A stretch of DNA of 64,000 nucleotides. It comes from a virus. Numbering within the stretch: position 1 is the first letter of the stretch; the number at the start of each line of letters is the position of its first letter. The notes beneath the pieces were generated by a model, which saw only the letters and a list, made by a program, of their open reading frames with translations, made no database searches and was not told where the DNA came from. The stretch spans positions 48,302-112,301 of the IMG/VR virus record IMGVR_UViG_3300024289_000019; one strand, written 5' to 3'. The translations under genes were made by a program, and so were the position numbers. Below, in pieces: positions 19,537 through 29,028 of this stretch.

Positions 19537-20589
19537 ATGAAATCATTCAAGAAAATCGCTCTAGCCGTGGTTGCAGCCATGACAATGAGCACTCTTGTTG
19601 CAACATCTGCAAGTGCTGCACCTATGGTAGTAACTTCTGTCAAGAAGGCAGGAACAACCACTACACTGGGAACCGCAGCAACTACACCGATTACTTTGCC
19701 AGTACCAACAGATAACTCTGTTGATACAGCAGACACAGTCGAGTTTGTTGTAACAGTTGATACAGGAACAGTAGTTTCCGTAGTAGCAACAAATGCAGTA
19801 ATTATTGATGCCGTAGCAACAACTGCTGCACCAAAGACAGCGACATCTGGCGCTGCTACATGGTCACAGAATGTTGGAACAGGTACAACAGCAACGTTTT
19901 ATGTATATACTAAAACGACAGCAATTGGTTCAGTAGCCATTACAAATGGTGGAACTACAACAACATATTATGTACAAGGAATTGCAGGCGCTATTGATAA
20001 GCTTACACTCGCAGGTGTAGATGCAGCAGCAGCAGGCACATCCGTAACTGTTACAATTGGCGCAGTTGACGTATTCGGAAACAAGATTTCTGGAAAGTCG
20101 ATTTCAGCAATTGCTAATGGTGCAACTTTAGATACAGCAACAGTAACAACTGGATCTGGTCTAACTAATTTTGGTGTAGCAGACGTTAAGTTTGTTGCTC
20201 CAGCAACTGGTCCTGTAACAGTAGTTGCATATGCTGCTTCAGCAGATATGGCAACAGCAGTTACTGGTTTCAGTACACCTAATTCTTCAGCAGTCAAGGT
20301 AATCTCTGTTCGTGATATCACAGCAGAACTTGCTGCAGTAACCGCACAACTTGCAGCAGAGAAGGCTGCTCGTGCAACAGATAAGGCAGCAGCAGATGCT
20401 GCCCTTGCAGCAGAGAAGGCTGCTTCTGCTAAGGCTCTTGCCGATGCAGCAGCAAAATCTGCAGCAGATCTTGCTAAGGTAAAGGCAGACAATGATGCCG
20501 CTGTTAAGGCTCTAAAGGATGCTTTCAATGCACTCGCTAAGAAGTGGAATGCAAAGAATCCAAAGGCCAAGGTAACTTTGGTCAAGTAA
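19537..20589 (+). CDS. secreted Ala/Thr/Val-rich surface protein (Ig-like strands plus C-terminal coiled coil)
   Basis: signal peptide ending ASA-A; DVFGN Ig-like motif; basic C-terminus; strong RBS. Confidence 0.75.
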   Translation: MKSFKKIALAVVAAMTMSTLVATSASAAPMVVTSVKKAGTTTTLGTAATTPITLPVPTDNSVDTADTVEFVVTVDTGTVVSVVATNAVIIDAVATTAAPKTATSGAATWSQNVGTGTTATFYVYTKTTAIGSVAITNGGTTTTYYVQGIAGAIDKLTLAGVDAAAAGTSVTVTIGAVDVFGNKISGKSISAIANGATLDTATVTTGSGLTNFGVADVKFVAPATGPVTVVAYAASADMATAVTGFSTPNSSAVKVISVRDITAELAAVTAQLAAEKAARATDKAAADAALAAEKAASAKALADAAAKSAADLAKVKADNDAAVKALKDAFNALAKKWNAKNPKAKVTLVK

Positions 20590-20669
20590 TAGGTTTACCC
20601 TATTTACAATCAATTGGGGATATTGTATACTTGTTGTATGATATCCCCAATTTTAGTTAGAGAGAGAAA

Positions 20670-22256
20670 ATGAAACCAAGTCAAAAAATTGTTATTGTAG
20701 GTGGAGGATCTGCTGGCTGGATGGCAGCCTCATCATTGGTAAGTCAATTAGAATCAGCAGACATTACATTAATTGAAAGCCCTTATGTACCATCAATTGG
20801 AGTAGGGGAAAGCACACTTGCTGGGCTACCAGCCTGGTTAAGAGCAATAGGCGTAGACCATAAAGACTTTATGGAGTTTACTGACGCATCATATAAATTT
20901 AGTATTAGGTTTGTTGATTTCCATAAGCTTGGCGACGGAGGATTTCATTACCCATTTGGACATCCAACACTAGAAAATTGCCAACTTCCAGGCGCAAACG
21001 ATTGGCATGTAATGAAGTTACTTTTGCCAGAAACTACAACAACACAAAGTTATGTAGATTCATTATTTCCTCAATCGGTACTGTTTAACAACAGAAAGTT
21101 AAAAAATCCTAAAGACGGCGAACTTGGACCATTCAGATTAGACAGAGATTACGCATTGCATTTTGATGCAATTAAATTTGCTGAATGGCTTTCTGAAAGA
21201 TTTGCAAAGCCGAGAGGCGTCAAGCACATAGAAGCAAATGTAAATGATATTATTACAAATGAAAATGGAATTGAAAAAATAATTCTTGAAGACGGTACAG
21301 AAGTATTTGCTGACATATTTGTTGACTGTACAGGATTTAAGAGCATGTTGCTTGGAAAAGCAATGAATGAGCCTTTTGTAAGTTGGAGCGATAGACTTCC
21401 TGTAAATCATGCTTGGGCAGTACAATTACCATATGAAAATCCAGATGAAGAAGTAGATCTTTACACAAATTGTACAGCATTGGGGCATGGATGGGTATGG
21501 AACGCCCCTTTATATTCTAGAATCGGAACTGGATACGTATATTCGGATAAGTTTACTACAAAAGAAGAAGCCCTAGAAGAATTTAAAGTATATTTAGCTA
21601 AAGATAAGGGGGCTCATCGTGTCCCAGCAGATTCAGCATTTAGACATATTGATTTTAAAACTGGCACATATGCTAGAACTTGGGTAAAAAATGTTGTTGG
21701 AATTGGACTTTCTGCAGCATTCTTAGAGCCACTAGAGTCTAATGGTTTATTCTTTATTCATGAATCCTCAATGATGCTTGCAAGATTGTTGTCTAGAGGA
21801 TATGTTAATGCTATTGATCGTGATTTTTTTAATGGTATAACTAGAAAACACTTTGAATCATTTGCTACATTTTTAGAGTATCATTATTGTTTAAGTTCAA
21901 GAAGAGATACAAAATTCTGGGAATACATGACAACTATGGAAAGAGCTCCAGAACTTTGGAGTGCTCCACCAAATACTCCGTTCCTTGAAGAACTTATAGA
22001 TAAAACTCAAGGTCAGTCTTGGAGGGCAGCAATAGATAGCGGATTCCACTGTATTGCTGTAGGCCATGAGTACTATCCAATATTTAAAGCATCAATTCCT
22101 TATTGGGAGCATGCTAATCATGGAGCAAATTATGAACAAATTGCTGGAAACTTCTATATTAGAACAGAAAAACTACAAAAAAAGTGGAATGATTTTATTA
22201 AAAATGCACCAACTCATTATCAATTCTTAAAGGAGAATTATCATAATGAAAAATAA
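20670..22256 (+). CDS. flavin-dependent tryptophan-halogenase-family protein
   Basis: GGGSAGW, IGVGEST, catalytic-position Lys in ASYKFSI, FVDCTGF, GWVWNAPL, FLEPLESNG. Confidence 0.9.
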   Translation: MKPSQKIVIVGGGSAGWMAASSLVSQLESADITLIESPYVPSIGVGESTLAGLPAWLRAIGVDHKDFMEFTDASYKFSIRFVDFHKLGDGGFHYPFGHPTLENCQLPGANDWHVMKLLLPETTTTQSYVDSLFPQSVLFNNRKLKNPKDGELGPFRLDRDYALHFDAIKFAEWLSERFAKPRGVKHIEANVNDIITNENGIEKIILEDGTEVFADIFVDCTGFKSMLLGKAMNEPFVSWSDRLPVNHAWAVQLPYENPDEEVDLYTNCTALGHGWVWNAPLYSRIGTGYVYSDKFTTKEEALEEFKVYLAKDKGAHRVPADSAFRHIDFKTGTYARTWVKNVVGIGLSAAFLEPLESNGLFFIHESSMMLARLLSRGYVNAIDRDFFNGITRKHFESFATFLEYHYCLSSRRDTKFWEYMTTMERAPELWSAPPNTPFLEELIDKTQGQSWRAAIDSGFHCIAVGHEYYPIFKASIPYWEHANHGANYEQIAGNFYIRTEKLQKKWNDFIKNAPTHYQFLKENYHNEK

Positions 22257-22545
22257 TAAACATATGCAGTGGTTAGAAGCTTTAAAAACTATGAGACATA
22301 GAAAATATTGGACTAAAGCAAATACGGTTGAGTTTTTTGCTTTTGTTACTAAAGGAACTATTATTATTCCTGGACTACTTTTTGATATGTCAATATGGTG
22401 GCTATATATATTTGCTTTAGTTTCAAGTCTTGGCCTTATTTGGTCGTCAACTGTAAAAACAATACCAACTTTAATTTGGTTTAACATACTTTGGTCAGGA
22501 TTAGCAATAGCTTACATTGCTAAGCATTTTGGACTAATTTTGTAA
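22246..22545 (+). CDS. membrane protein
   Basis: three hydrophobic segments; overlaps halogenase stop. Confidence 0.65.
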   Translation: MKNNKHMQWLEALKTMRHRKYWTKANTVEFFAFVTKGTIIIPGLLFDMSIWWLYIFALVSSLGLIWSSTVKTIPTLIWFNILWSGLAIAYIAKHFGLIL

Positions 22546-22739
22546 TGAATGATATGCGTGGAGTACCCACAGCCGCTTGCCCAAACTGTGGGTCTACCAT
22601 GCTAAATATAAATGCTGTATTTGATCCAGAAACCTACTTAGTAGGATTTTATATGTTAGACTGTAAGTGTGCAGAATGCAATACTTTATTGACTGCACCT
22701 ACACCAGTAGATTTGGAGGAAAGAAGATTAGATGCTTGA
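22545..22739 (+). CDS. Zn-ribbon protein
   Basis: CPNCG...CAEC..LLTAPTP. Confidence 0.7.
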   Translation: MNDMRGVPTAACPNCGSTMLNINAVFDPETYLVGFYMLDCKCAECNTLLTAPTPVDLEERRLDA

Positions 22740-22894
22740 ATTAAAATCTCAGATAGAGATCCAGTCCTTTAATTATGATGTTTGTAGAATTAAAGGATGT
22801 TGGGGTCATGCAGAAGTTTTATGGAGCGGAAAAGAAACTCCAATTATAGATGTTTGTGTAGAACATAGAAAAAGACTTATGGAAGGAGATATAA

Positions 22895-23098
22895 ATGTCT
22901 GATACTAATAGAAAAACCTTGTTAAAAACAGCAAGTTGGGAAACATTTCACTTAGTTGGTGTTGCTGGAGTAATTTATTTATTTACTGGCGAATGGGAAT
23001 ATGCTAGTCTTGGAGCCTTGATATATATAGGTTGGGAAGCTCTTGGATATTATATTCATGAAAGAGTTTGGGCTAAATTTGGAAAGAAAATTAAATAG
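22895..23098 (+). CDS. DUF2061-like membrane protein
   Basis: KTLLKTASW...YYIHERVW. Confidence 0.75.
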   Translation: MSDTNRKTLLKTASWETFHLVGVAGVIYLFTGEWEYASLGALIYIGWEALGYYIHERVWAKFGKKIK

Positions 23099-23817
23099 TG
23101 ATTAAATCAAAAAAGCTTAAAGTCTCAACAGATTTTGATCATATTCCTAATTTAAAACCATCTAAAAATTACGTACCAGAATGGTACGCAAAGACACCCA
23201 TGTTTATAGGTGGCAAAATGGAATTTACTAAATGGGGAATGAATCCAGGATTAAGAGCATGTGTTCCTTTTATGGATGCATTTTTAACTGGATATACAGT
23301 AGAGTTATGGACTGATTTAGTTGTTGAACAAACTCAATATGGATCGATGATTAGATGGCCAGGGCAAACAGCAGAGCAGGGTCCAGATTATTGGGAGCCA
23401 TTGCAAGCAAGGGGTCCAGAAATTACACATCCAATGCCAGCACCAAATGGTTACGAAAATAAACATTATGCATGGCACAATCCACATTTAATTAAAGCTC
23501 CTCCTGGGTATAGCATTTTGATCACTCAACCGTTAAATCAATACGATTTGCCATTTTTTACAATGAGTGCTGTTGTAGATTGTGATGCTGATTTATTAGG
23601 TTCTGGAAGAATACCTTTCTACGTTAAAGAAGGATTTGAAGGACTTGTTCCTAAAGGCACTCCACTTTATCAGATTATTCCAATTAAAAGAGAGCGTTGG
23701 GAAACAGAAGATAGCCCAGAATTAAAAAAGGACAATAAGAGAAGGATATGGCAAGTAGGGTCTGTTTTGACTGGATGGTATAGAAATAACCTCTGGAACA
23801 AAAAAGAATACCACTAA
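23098..23817 (+). CDS. hypothetical protein (beta-rich)
   Basis: CVPFMDA..GY, PPGYSIL..P.N, KGTPL.QIIP. Confidence 0.7.
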   Translation: MIKSKKLKVSTDFDHIPNLKPSKNYVPEWYAKTPMFIGGKMEFTKWGMNPGLRACVPFMDAFLTGYTVELWTDLVVEQTQYGSMIRWPGQTAEQGPDYWEPLQARGPEITHPMPAPNGYENKHYAWHNPHLIKAPPGYSILITQPLNQYDLPFFTMSAVVDCDADLLGSGRIPFYVKEGFEGLVPKGTPLYQIIPIKRERWETEDSPELKKDNKRRIWQVGSVLTGWYRNNLWNKKEYH

Positions 23818-23880
23818 TGCTATAATTGTAGTAGACCAAAAGCATGCTGGTCTAATTAATAAAACCTATAGGAGAGAAAA

Positions 23881-24081
23881 ATGACAGACGGTATTAACAC
23901 CACAGGGTTTACAGACCCAAAGATTAACCCATCTTCGCCATGGGCAACAGAGTCTTATACAGAAGCACCTGCTTCGGCATTTCCAGCTAAGGATATGTCA
24001 ACTCAAGGTAATGCAGGATTGAACCAAGAAGGTTCTTCTGCTGCAGGAGAATCTGCTGGCGATTATTCGGAGTCACTATAA
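23881..24081 (+). CDS. low-complexity small protein
   Basis: AGGAG RBS, TGCTATAAT promoter. Confidence 0.65.
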   Translation: MTDGINTTGFTDPKINPSSPWATESYTEAPASAFPAKDMSTQGNAGLNQEGSSAAGESAGDYSESL

Positions 24082-24233
24082 TGTGCGACATGTGCGGATG
24101 CTCAACTGTATCATCACCAACAGTTTCTGATCAATCAATCCAAAATGAATCTTCAATTTATCTTGGAGCAATAATGGGAATTGATTCAGAGAACGTATTG
24201 GGTGCTGTCGGAGACGCCGCCAACCGTGGATAA
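24081..24233 (+). CDS. 50-aa peptide with N-terminal MCDMCGC (not in ORF track)
   Basis: TAATG coupling; CxxCGC. Confidence 0.55.
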   Translation: MCDMCGCSTVSSPTVSDQSIQNESSIYLGAIMGIDSENVLGAVGDAANRG

Positions 24234-24400
24234 CGGAACTGGCGTAACTCCGCCACCAAATAACGAATCTTCTGGAGCAACAACATCCAAAGACACTATT
24301 AATTTAAATGCTGATCAGGGTGGCAAGCGAAAGAAAAATTCGTTACATATTGGTTCAGTTTCAGATTCTATAAAGAATCCTAACTGATAGTATTAAAATG

Positions 24401-24427
24401 CGGCCCCATAGAGATATGGGGCTGTAT
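24401..24427 (+). terminator. hairpin, putative terminator
   Basis: GGCCCCATA-GAGA-TATGGGGCT. Confidence 0.55.
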
Positions 24428-24443
24428 TAATTTAGGGAGAAGA

Positions 24444-25037
24444 ATGAAATCTTTTTATAAAGAAAACCCATTTGGAGAAGATCTATTTAGCAGAATACTT
24501 TCTGAGTGTAATGAAATAGATAAAAGCTTTAATATTGGTCAGTACTCTACTAGATTTGGAAGATATGATTCTGTTTTTGAATTTAGCAAAGATATCGAGT
24601 CCAAACTTATTGAGATTGCTAAAAAAGAATTTAATGAACCAGATCTTGAAATTACATATAACCAAGTAACAAGATATCAAATAGTTGATGGGAATGTACC
24701 ACAATTATTTATGCACGTAGATACTCTTCCATCTACACATACAATAGATGTTTGTTTGGACACAACTGTTCCAGAATGGGGACTTGAGGTAAAAGATGGA
24801 GAAAATGTATTATTATTTAAAGATAAAAAAGGATCTGCAGTATTTTTAAAAGGCGATGAAGATGAGCATGGTAGACCACCGTATCCATCTCAAAGCCCAT
24901 CAGATTACTGTAAGATGTTGTTTATAAATCTTGCTCCATCTACACATTGGTCAGCAATAGCACGTAAAAAACTAGGGCCAACAGCGATAAAACAACAATA
25001 TTACCCTTTGAGTGTAACTCTTGACAGCCCTAAATAA
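24444..25037 (+). CDS. 2OG-Fe(II) oxygenase-like protein
   Basis: HVD...HGR; resembles 52527-53072. Confidence 0.65.
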   Translation: MKSFYKENPFGEDLFSRILSECNEIDKSFNIGQYSTRFGRYDSVFEFSKDIESKLIEIAKKEFNEPDLEITYNQVTRYQIVDGNVPQLFMHVDTLPSTHTIDVCLDTTVPEWGLEVKDGENVLLFKDKKGSAVFLKGDEDEHGRPPYPSQSPSDYCKMLFINLAPSTHWSAIARKKLGPTAIKQQYYPLSVTLDSPK

Positions 25038-25058
25038 ATAATATAAAATACTATAGTT

Positions 25059-25132
25059 GCGGATGTTGCATATTGGTAGTGCCTCTGCCTTCCAAGCAGA
25101 AGGGGTGAGTTCGATTCTCATCATCCGCTCCA
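25059..25132 (+). tRNA. tRNA-Gly(TCC)
   Basis: GCGGATG/CATCCGC acceptor, loop CTTCCAA, encoded CCA. Confidence 0.93.
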
Positions 25133-25133
25133 G

Positions 25134-25206
25134 GCCTTGTTAGCTCAGTGGCCAGAGCATCCGCCTTGTAAGCGGAGGGTCATCAGTTCGACTCTGATAC
25201 GAGGCT
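25134..25206 (+). tRNA. tRNA-Thr(TGT)
   Basis: GCCTTGT/ACGAGGC acceptor, loop CTTGTAA. Confidence 0.92.
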
Positions 25207-25224
25207 CGACCAGATAGGAATATA

Positions 25225-25578
25225 ATGAAAGATCTCAAAATAAATAAGACAAGAATAGTTCCACTTCGTTGGTTTGCGAATATGTGTGGTGATATTGCAG
25301 GTTGGGCAATTCTGCGTATTTCATATCAGGATGAATTAGAAGATTTTGGTTGGCGCTATAAATTTCATGCATTTGTCTGGAAGATTACATGGCCAGTGTA
25401 TTATAAGTTTGGCACATTCTATGAATTTGATTTTGATATGAGTGGAGATGGATGGAATGACTATGACGAGGATGGTGTTCCATACTGGGAAAAGACAGGT
25501 TTTGTAGATCCAGAATACGAAAAGCCATGGGACTTTATTGATGGCGATGGAGATGCATTTAGAATTATACATAAATAA
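25225..25578 (+). CDS. hypothetical protein
   Basis: AGGA RBS; aromatic/acidic ORF. Confidence 0.65.
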   Translation: MKDLKINKTRIVPLRWFANMCGDIAGWAILRISYQDELEDFGWRYKFHAFVWKITWPVYYKFGTFYEFDFDMSGDGWNDYDEDGVPYWEKTGFVDPEYEKPWDFIDGDGDAFRIIHK

Positions 25579-25972
25579 TAGTATGTTGATCGAATCTGGT
25601 AAATAGTGAAGCGAAAAGTGCGGCGGCAGAGAAGAAAAAATGCTAAAATATAATGACTACGTCAGGAGAATTATGAGGAAAAAGATGATTGCATCGTTGT
25701 TGCTGATATCCAGCATAATTGCAGGAATCTTCTATTTGTTTAATAGTTTAAAAAATTTGGATGACGCATTTGCTGTAGATTTCAGCGATGACGATGAATC
25801 TGATCTATGAGCGGATACCCGCTACCTAAAGATCCAGTACAGGCTGCCTATTTAGATTATTTAAGAAAGAAAAATATAGAAAAATCTAAATATTGTCAAT
25901 ACTGTAAAAATGAAACGGTAGGGATAAATTCGGACGGGTACAGAATAATATTTGTTTGTAAGGAGCACATAA

Positions 25973-26467
25973 ATGATATATCATAAGCATCTACTTGTAA
26001 ATGCTAAGGTAAAAGAGCCAATGAATAATGAAATAATGGCTGAGAATTTTTTACGTATTTTAGTTGACCAGATTAATATGAAGATTATAAAAGGACCATT
26101 TGCATCTTATGTAAATGTTGAGGGCAATAGGGGTCTAACCGCAATTGTTATGATCGAAACTAGCCATATTGCATTTCATATTTGGGATGAACCAGATCCA
26201 GGATTACTTCAATTTGATCTATATACTTGCGGATCTTTAGACCTAAATATAGCCCTATCAACCCTAAAGAAGTTCTTTAATGTTGTAGAACTTGATTATG
26301 TAGTCTATGACAGAGAGAATGGATTTGTAGTTGAACAAGAAGGATATGAAAGAGATGGCATATTCTATGCCAATCATCCACAAGGAAAAGGTCCAGGATT
26401 AATGGATCCATCTGTTGGTGGATTTTTAGGCGGGAAGACCGATATAGACGGTACTTACCATGATTAA
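25973..26467 (+). CDS. speD: S-adenosylmethionine decarboxylase-family pyruvoyl proenzyme
   Basis: HKHLLV, GLTAIVMIETSHIAFHIW, FDLYTCG. Confidence 0.85.
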   Translation: MIYHKHLLVNAKVKEPMNNEIMAENFLRILVDQINMKIIKGPFASYVNVEGNRGLTAIVMIETSHIAFHIWDEPDPGLLQFDLYTCGSLDLNIALSTLKKFFNVVELDYVVYDRENGFVVEQEGYERDGIFYANHPQGKGPGLMDPSVGGFLGGKTDIDGTYHD

Positions 26468-27040
26468 ACGTATCTTCAAGTGTAAGGAATGTAAAACTAT
26501 ATTATCTATAGAGACAGAATTACCAGAAGATAAGATCCATAAACATCCACCATGCATATGTGGCAAAGCTAGGATGATATCCTTGAATTCGCCAGAATAT
26601 GCATACAATCTCTGGGATTAGATCTCCTATTCCCCCTCCCATTTTCTCCTTTGTATAGGCCTTATAGAGCCTTTTAAAGTGGAGTATTGTGGAGTAAAGT
26701 GGAGAATATGACTACTGTATATATTTATAATACTATTGATTATTTAATTTAACATTATATGAGTATTTGAGCATATCATAAACTCCCCCGTAATGTCAAC
26801 ATGGGGCATTTGGGCCATATCATATTATATTGGGCATGTCAATACATTCCCGTGATATAAAAAATATGCCCGTAAATATGCATATTGGCCCGTATTTGTC
26901 AAGCATTTTCTGGTAAATTCTGACCAATTTATATATATTTATAATAGTTTTATTATACATTTTATATTATTCTGGTCAAAATTCCAGTGATTTTATTAGA
27001 TTTATCGTAAATGGGGAAATTGGCCCGTATTTTTAAAATA

Positions 27041-27068
27041 AAAAACCCCCTGGATTTCTCCAGGGGGA
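27041..27068 (-). terminator. terminator closing the minus-strand island
   Basis: CCCCCTGGA/TCCAGGGGG stem with T-tract on minus strand. Confidence 0.7.
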
Positions 27069-27082
27069 TCAATGATTAATTA

Positions 27083-27367
27083 CTAATACATCTCTAATTC
27101 CAATTGGTCATTCTCTGCAAGTAATCTAAACCAATCTCTTGCTTTGATTAGACCATAACTTGTTTCCGCCGAATTGTCCCAATCTTGGTTATATCTCATA
27201 TATTGATATGTGACAATTGCCTCAACGAGTTCCATTATTTTATCTTGTGTATAATGTGGAGAATGATTAATTAAATAATTAGCCACTAATGTAGCATTGA
27301 AGTTAACATCATTCATTGCTTGATACATGGCTTCCGCCAATTTTTGTTCAGGTATTCGTTTTGCCAT
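27083..27367 (-). CDS. hypothetical protein
   Basis: GGAG RBS; TTGCCA-N18-TACAAT promoter. Confidence 0.7.
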   Translation of the reverse strand: MAKRIPEQKLAEAMYQAMNDVNFNATLVANYLINHSPHYTQDKIMELVEAIVTYQYMRYNQDWDNSAETSYGLIKARDWFRLLAENDQLELEMY

Positions 27368-27457
27368 TTATCTCCATTCTCTTTCGTGGGGGTAATTGTA
27401 TCATTGGGTGGGGGAAGTTGGCAACGAAAGGGTAAGAACCAACCTCCCCCATGGATC

Positions 27458-27610
27458 CTACTTCTTACGGTTTGAAGTAGGCTTCTCAGCGGTGAACTGA
27501 ATGCCCTTTTGAGTTGCCTCTGCTAGGGCCTGCTTTGCTGCGGATGAAAAACGTCCACGGGCACCAACGGTGATGCCTTGAGCTTTTAGATAGTCACGCT
27601 TTGTTGTCAT
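27458..27610 (-). CDS. lsr2: Lsr2-like DNA-binding-domain protein (50 aa, not in ORF track)
   Basis: KRDYLKAQGITVGARGRFS matches the Lsr2 C-terminal RGR AT-hook; GAAAGGA RBS. Confidence 0.7.
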   Translation of the reverse strand: MTTKRDYLKAQGITVGARGRFSSAAKQALAEATQKGIQFTAEKPTSNRKK

Positions 27611-27701
27611 TTACTTGTCCTTTCTAGACAGTTTTATTTTGGTATATTTTACCAGTTTTTGGCGAATTTGTAAATACCCTCGTAAGAAGCTCCGCCTGCC
27701 C

Positions 27702-27836
27702 TTACGAATCCTTATTTTGTTCCATTCCATCATTGATTAATTTAGTAATGATCGACCTAGCCATGTCTTCATGACCATTTTGAATCCAGGCACGAGCCAG
27801 CTCCAGTTTAAACTTAGTTAACTCATCTCTAGTCAT
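27702..27836 (-). CDS. 44-aa single-TPR-like peptide (not in ORF track)
   Basis: KLELARAWIQNGHEDMARSII; overlaps upstream stop. Confidence 0.5.
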   Translation of the reverse strand: MTRDELTKFKLELARAWIQNGHEDMARSIITKLINDGMEQNKDS

Positions 27837-28173
27837 CTAGCCACCCGTCATCATCCAGAGCAACAATGAAGTCATTCTCCCTCATCCAATCTCTGATTGT
27901 CTCCTCCATGATTTCGCCGCCTGTGTCCATGCTAAGACCAAGGCTGTCGGAATCTTCATAGAACTTATCGAAGATTTGTTTTAATGTAACACCTTCTGTG
28001 ATTGCTTCATCATAGCCAGTATCAGTGTTGTCGTAGATATCTTTGATGATGTCAAAGCACCATGCCCAACATAACGACGGGAATAGGTCCAGATTGCTCA
28101 ACTGCTCATTAATAGATAACAATTGATTAAATGCATCGTCCCTACGTGTTGCTTCTTGTAGATCTAAACTCAT
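27829..28173 (-). CDS. acidic hypothetical protein
   Basis: coupled ORF. Confidence 0.7.
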   Translation of the reverse strand: MSLDLQEATRRDDAFNQLLSINEQLSNLDLFPSLCWAWCFDIIKDIYDNTDTGYDEAITEGVTLKQIFDKFYEDSDSLGLSMDTGGEIMEETIRDWMRENDFIVALDDDGWLDD

Positions 28174-28433
28174 TTCTTGTCCCTTTCTGCGATTGCAAAT
28201 GATAATGCATATGTAAGGCTATACACATGCGCTAGAGCGTCTACTTGGCCTTCCCAGTACTTCCGCTCCATAGATTCCATAGCGTCGTCATAGTCGTTTT
28301 CCTCTTCGGTCTCTTGGGCCATACGTAGTTCGTCTTCAGCGTCTACCATGAGCACCTTCAATGCACCGTGCAAGATGTCGAGCCCAGATGAACCGTGGTC
28401 CACTTGTCTCTGCAGGCTATCTGTTAGTTCCAT
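28170..28433 (-). CDS. hypothetical protein
   Basis: AGGAG RBS; promoter at 28455-28476. Confidence 0.7.
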   Translation of the reverse strand: MELTDSLQRQVDHGSSGLDILHGALKVLMVDAEDELRMAQETEEENDYDDAMESMERKYWEGQVDALAHVYSLTYALSFAIAERDKK

Positions 28434-28648
28434 TATTTCTCCTTTGTTTCTTCCATTATATCAAGAGCCACTGACAAAATGTGGTCACAAGCAGATACCT
28501 GGCCACTCGTCCAATTGTATTCAATATCTAATTCAGCAAAGTCTTTTGAGGCGGGGTCCAAAGCATCCATCTGATTAGATAATTGCTCTAAATCCTGGTT
28601 TAAAGACATTATATGTAGTTTGATATATTCAATTAGTTTATGAGACAT
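28433..28648 (-). CDS. hypothetical protein
   Basis: GGAGG RBS. Confidence 0.65.
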   Translation of the reverse strand: MSHKLIEYIKLHIMSLNQDLEQLSNQMDALDPASKDFAELDIEYNWTSGQVSACDHILSVALDIMEETKEK

Positions 28649-28773
28649 GGCCTTCCTCCATTAATCCAATTAAAAAGTCGGCGGCTAACCAAACTTCTTC
28701 CTTATCCCTAGAATCAGGTAAAGATTCATGTACATTCAATAAACCCTCAACCATTTCTTCTACATCTTTTAAT

Positions 28774-29028
28774 TTATAACCCAACATTAAAATACTCCTC
28801 ATCTTCAGGTGTTAATTCATAGAATAGATTAAACTTAGATTGTAAATATGGGTCTGATGACATTAAAGCAATTTGATAATCTGCATAAAATGTCCCTTCA
28901 TCTAAATTAGAACTATTCCATTGTTCAAATAGATGTTCAGATATTTCAGTAATGACAGCGTCAATTACCATTTGATTCTCATCATCTAAAAATGACCCAC
29001 GGTCATTTAGTTCCAGCCTATCAGCCAT
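28774..29028 (-). CDS. hypothetical protein
   Basis: coupled acidic ORF. Confidence 0.65.
   Translation of the reverse strand: MADRLELNDRGSFLDDENQMVIDAVITEISEHLFEQWNSSNLDEGTFYADYQIALMSSDPYLQSKFNLFYELTPEDEEYFNVGL

Noticed and set aside
19968-20585. 205-aa antisense ORF (also 13121-13798, 11990-12262, 47705-48052)
   Set aside because: Shadow frames caused by biased codons in the sense genes; no RBS or independent motifs.
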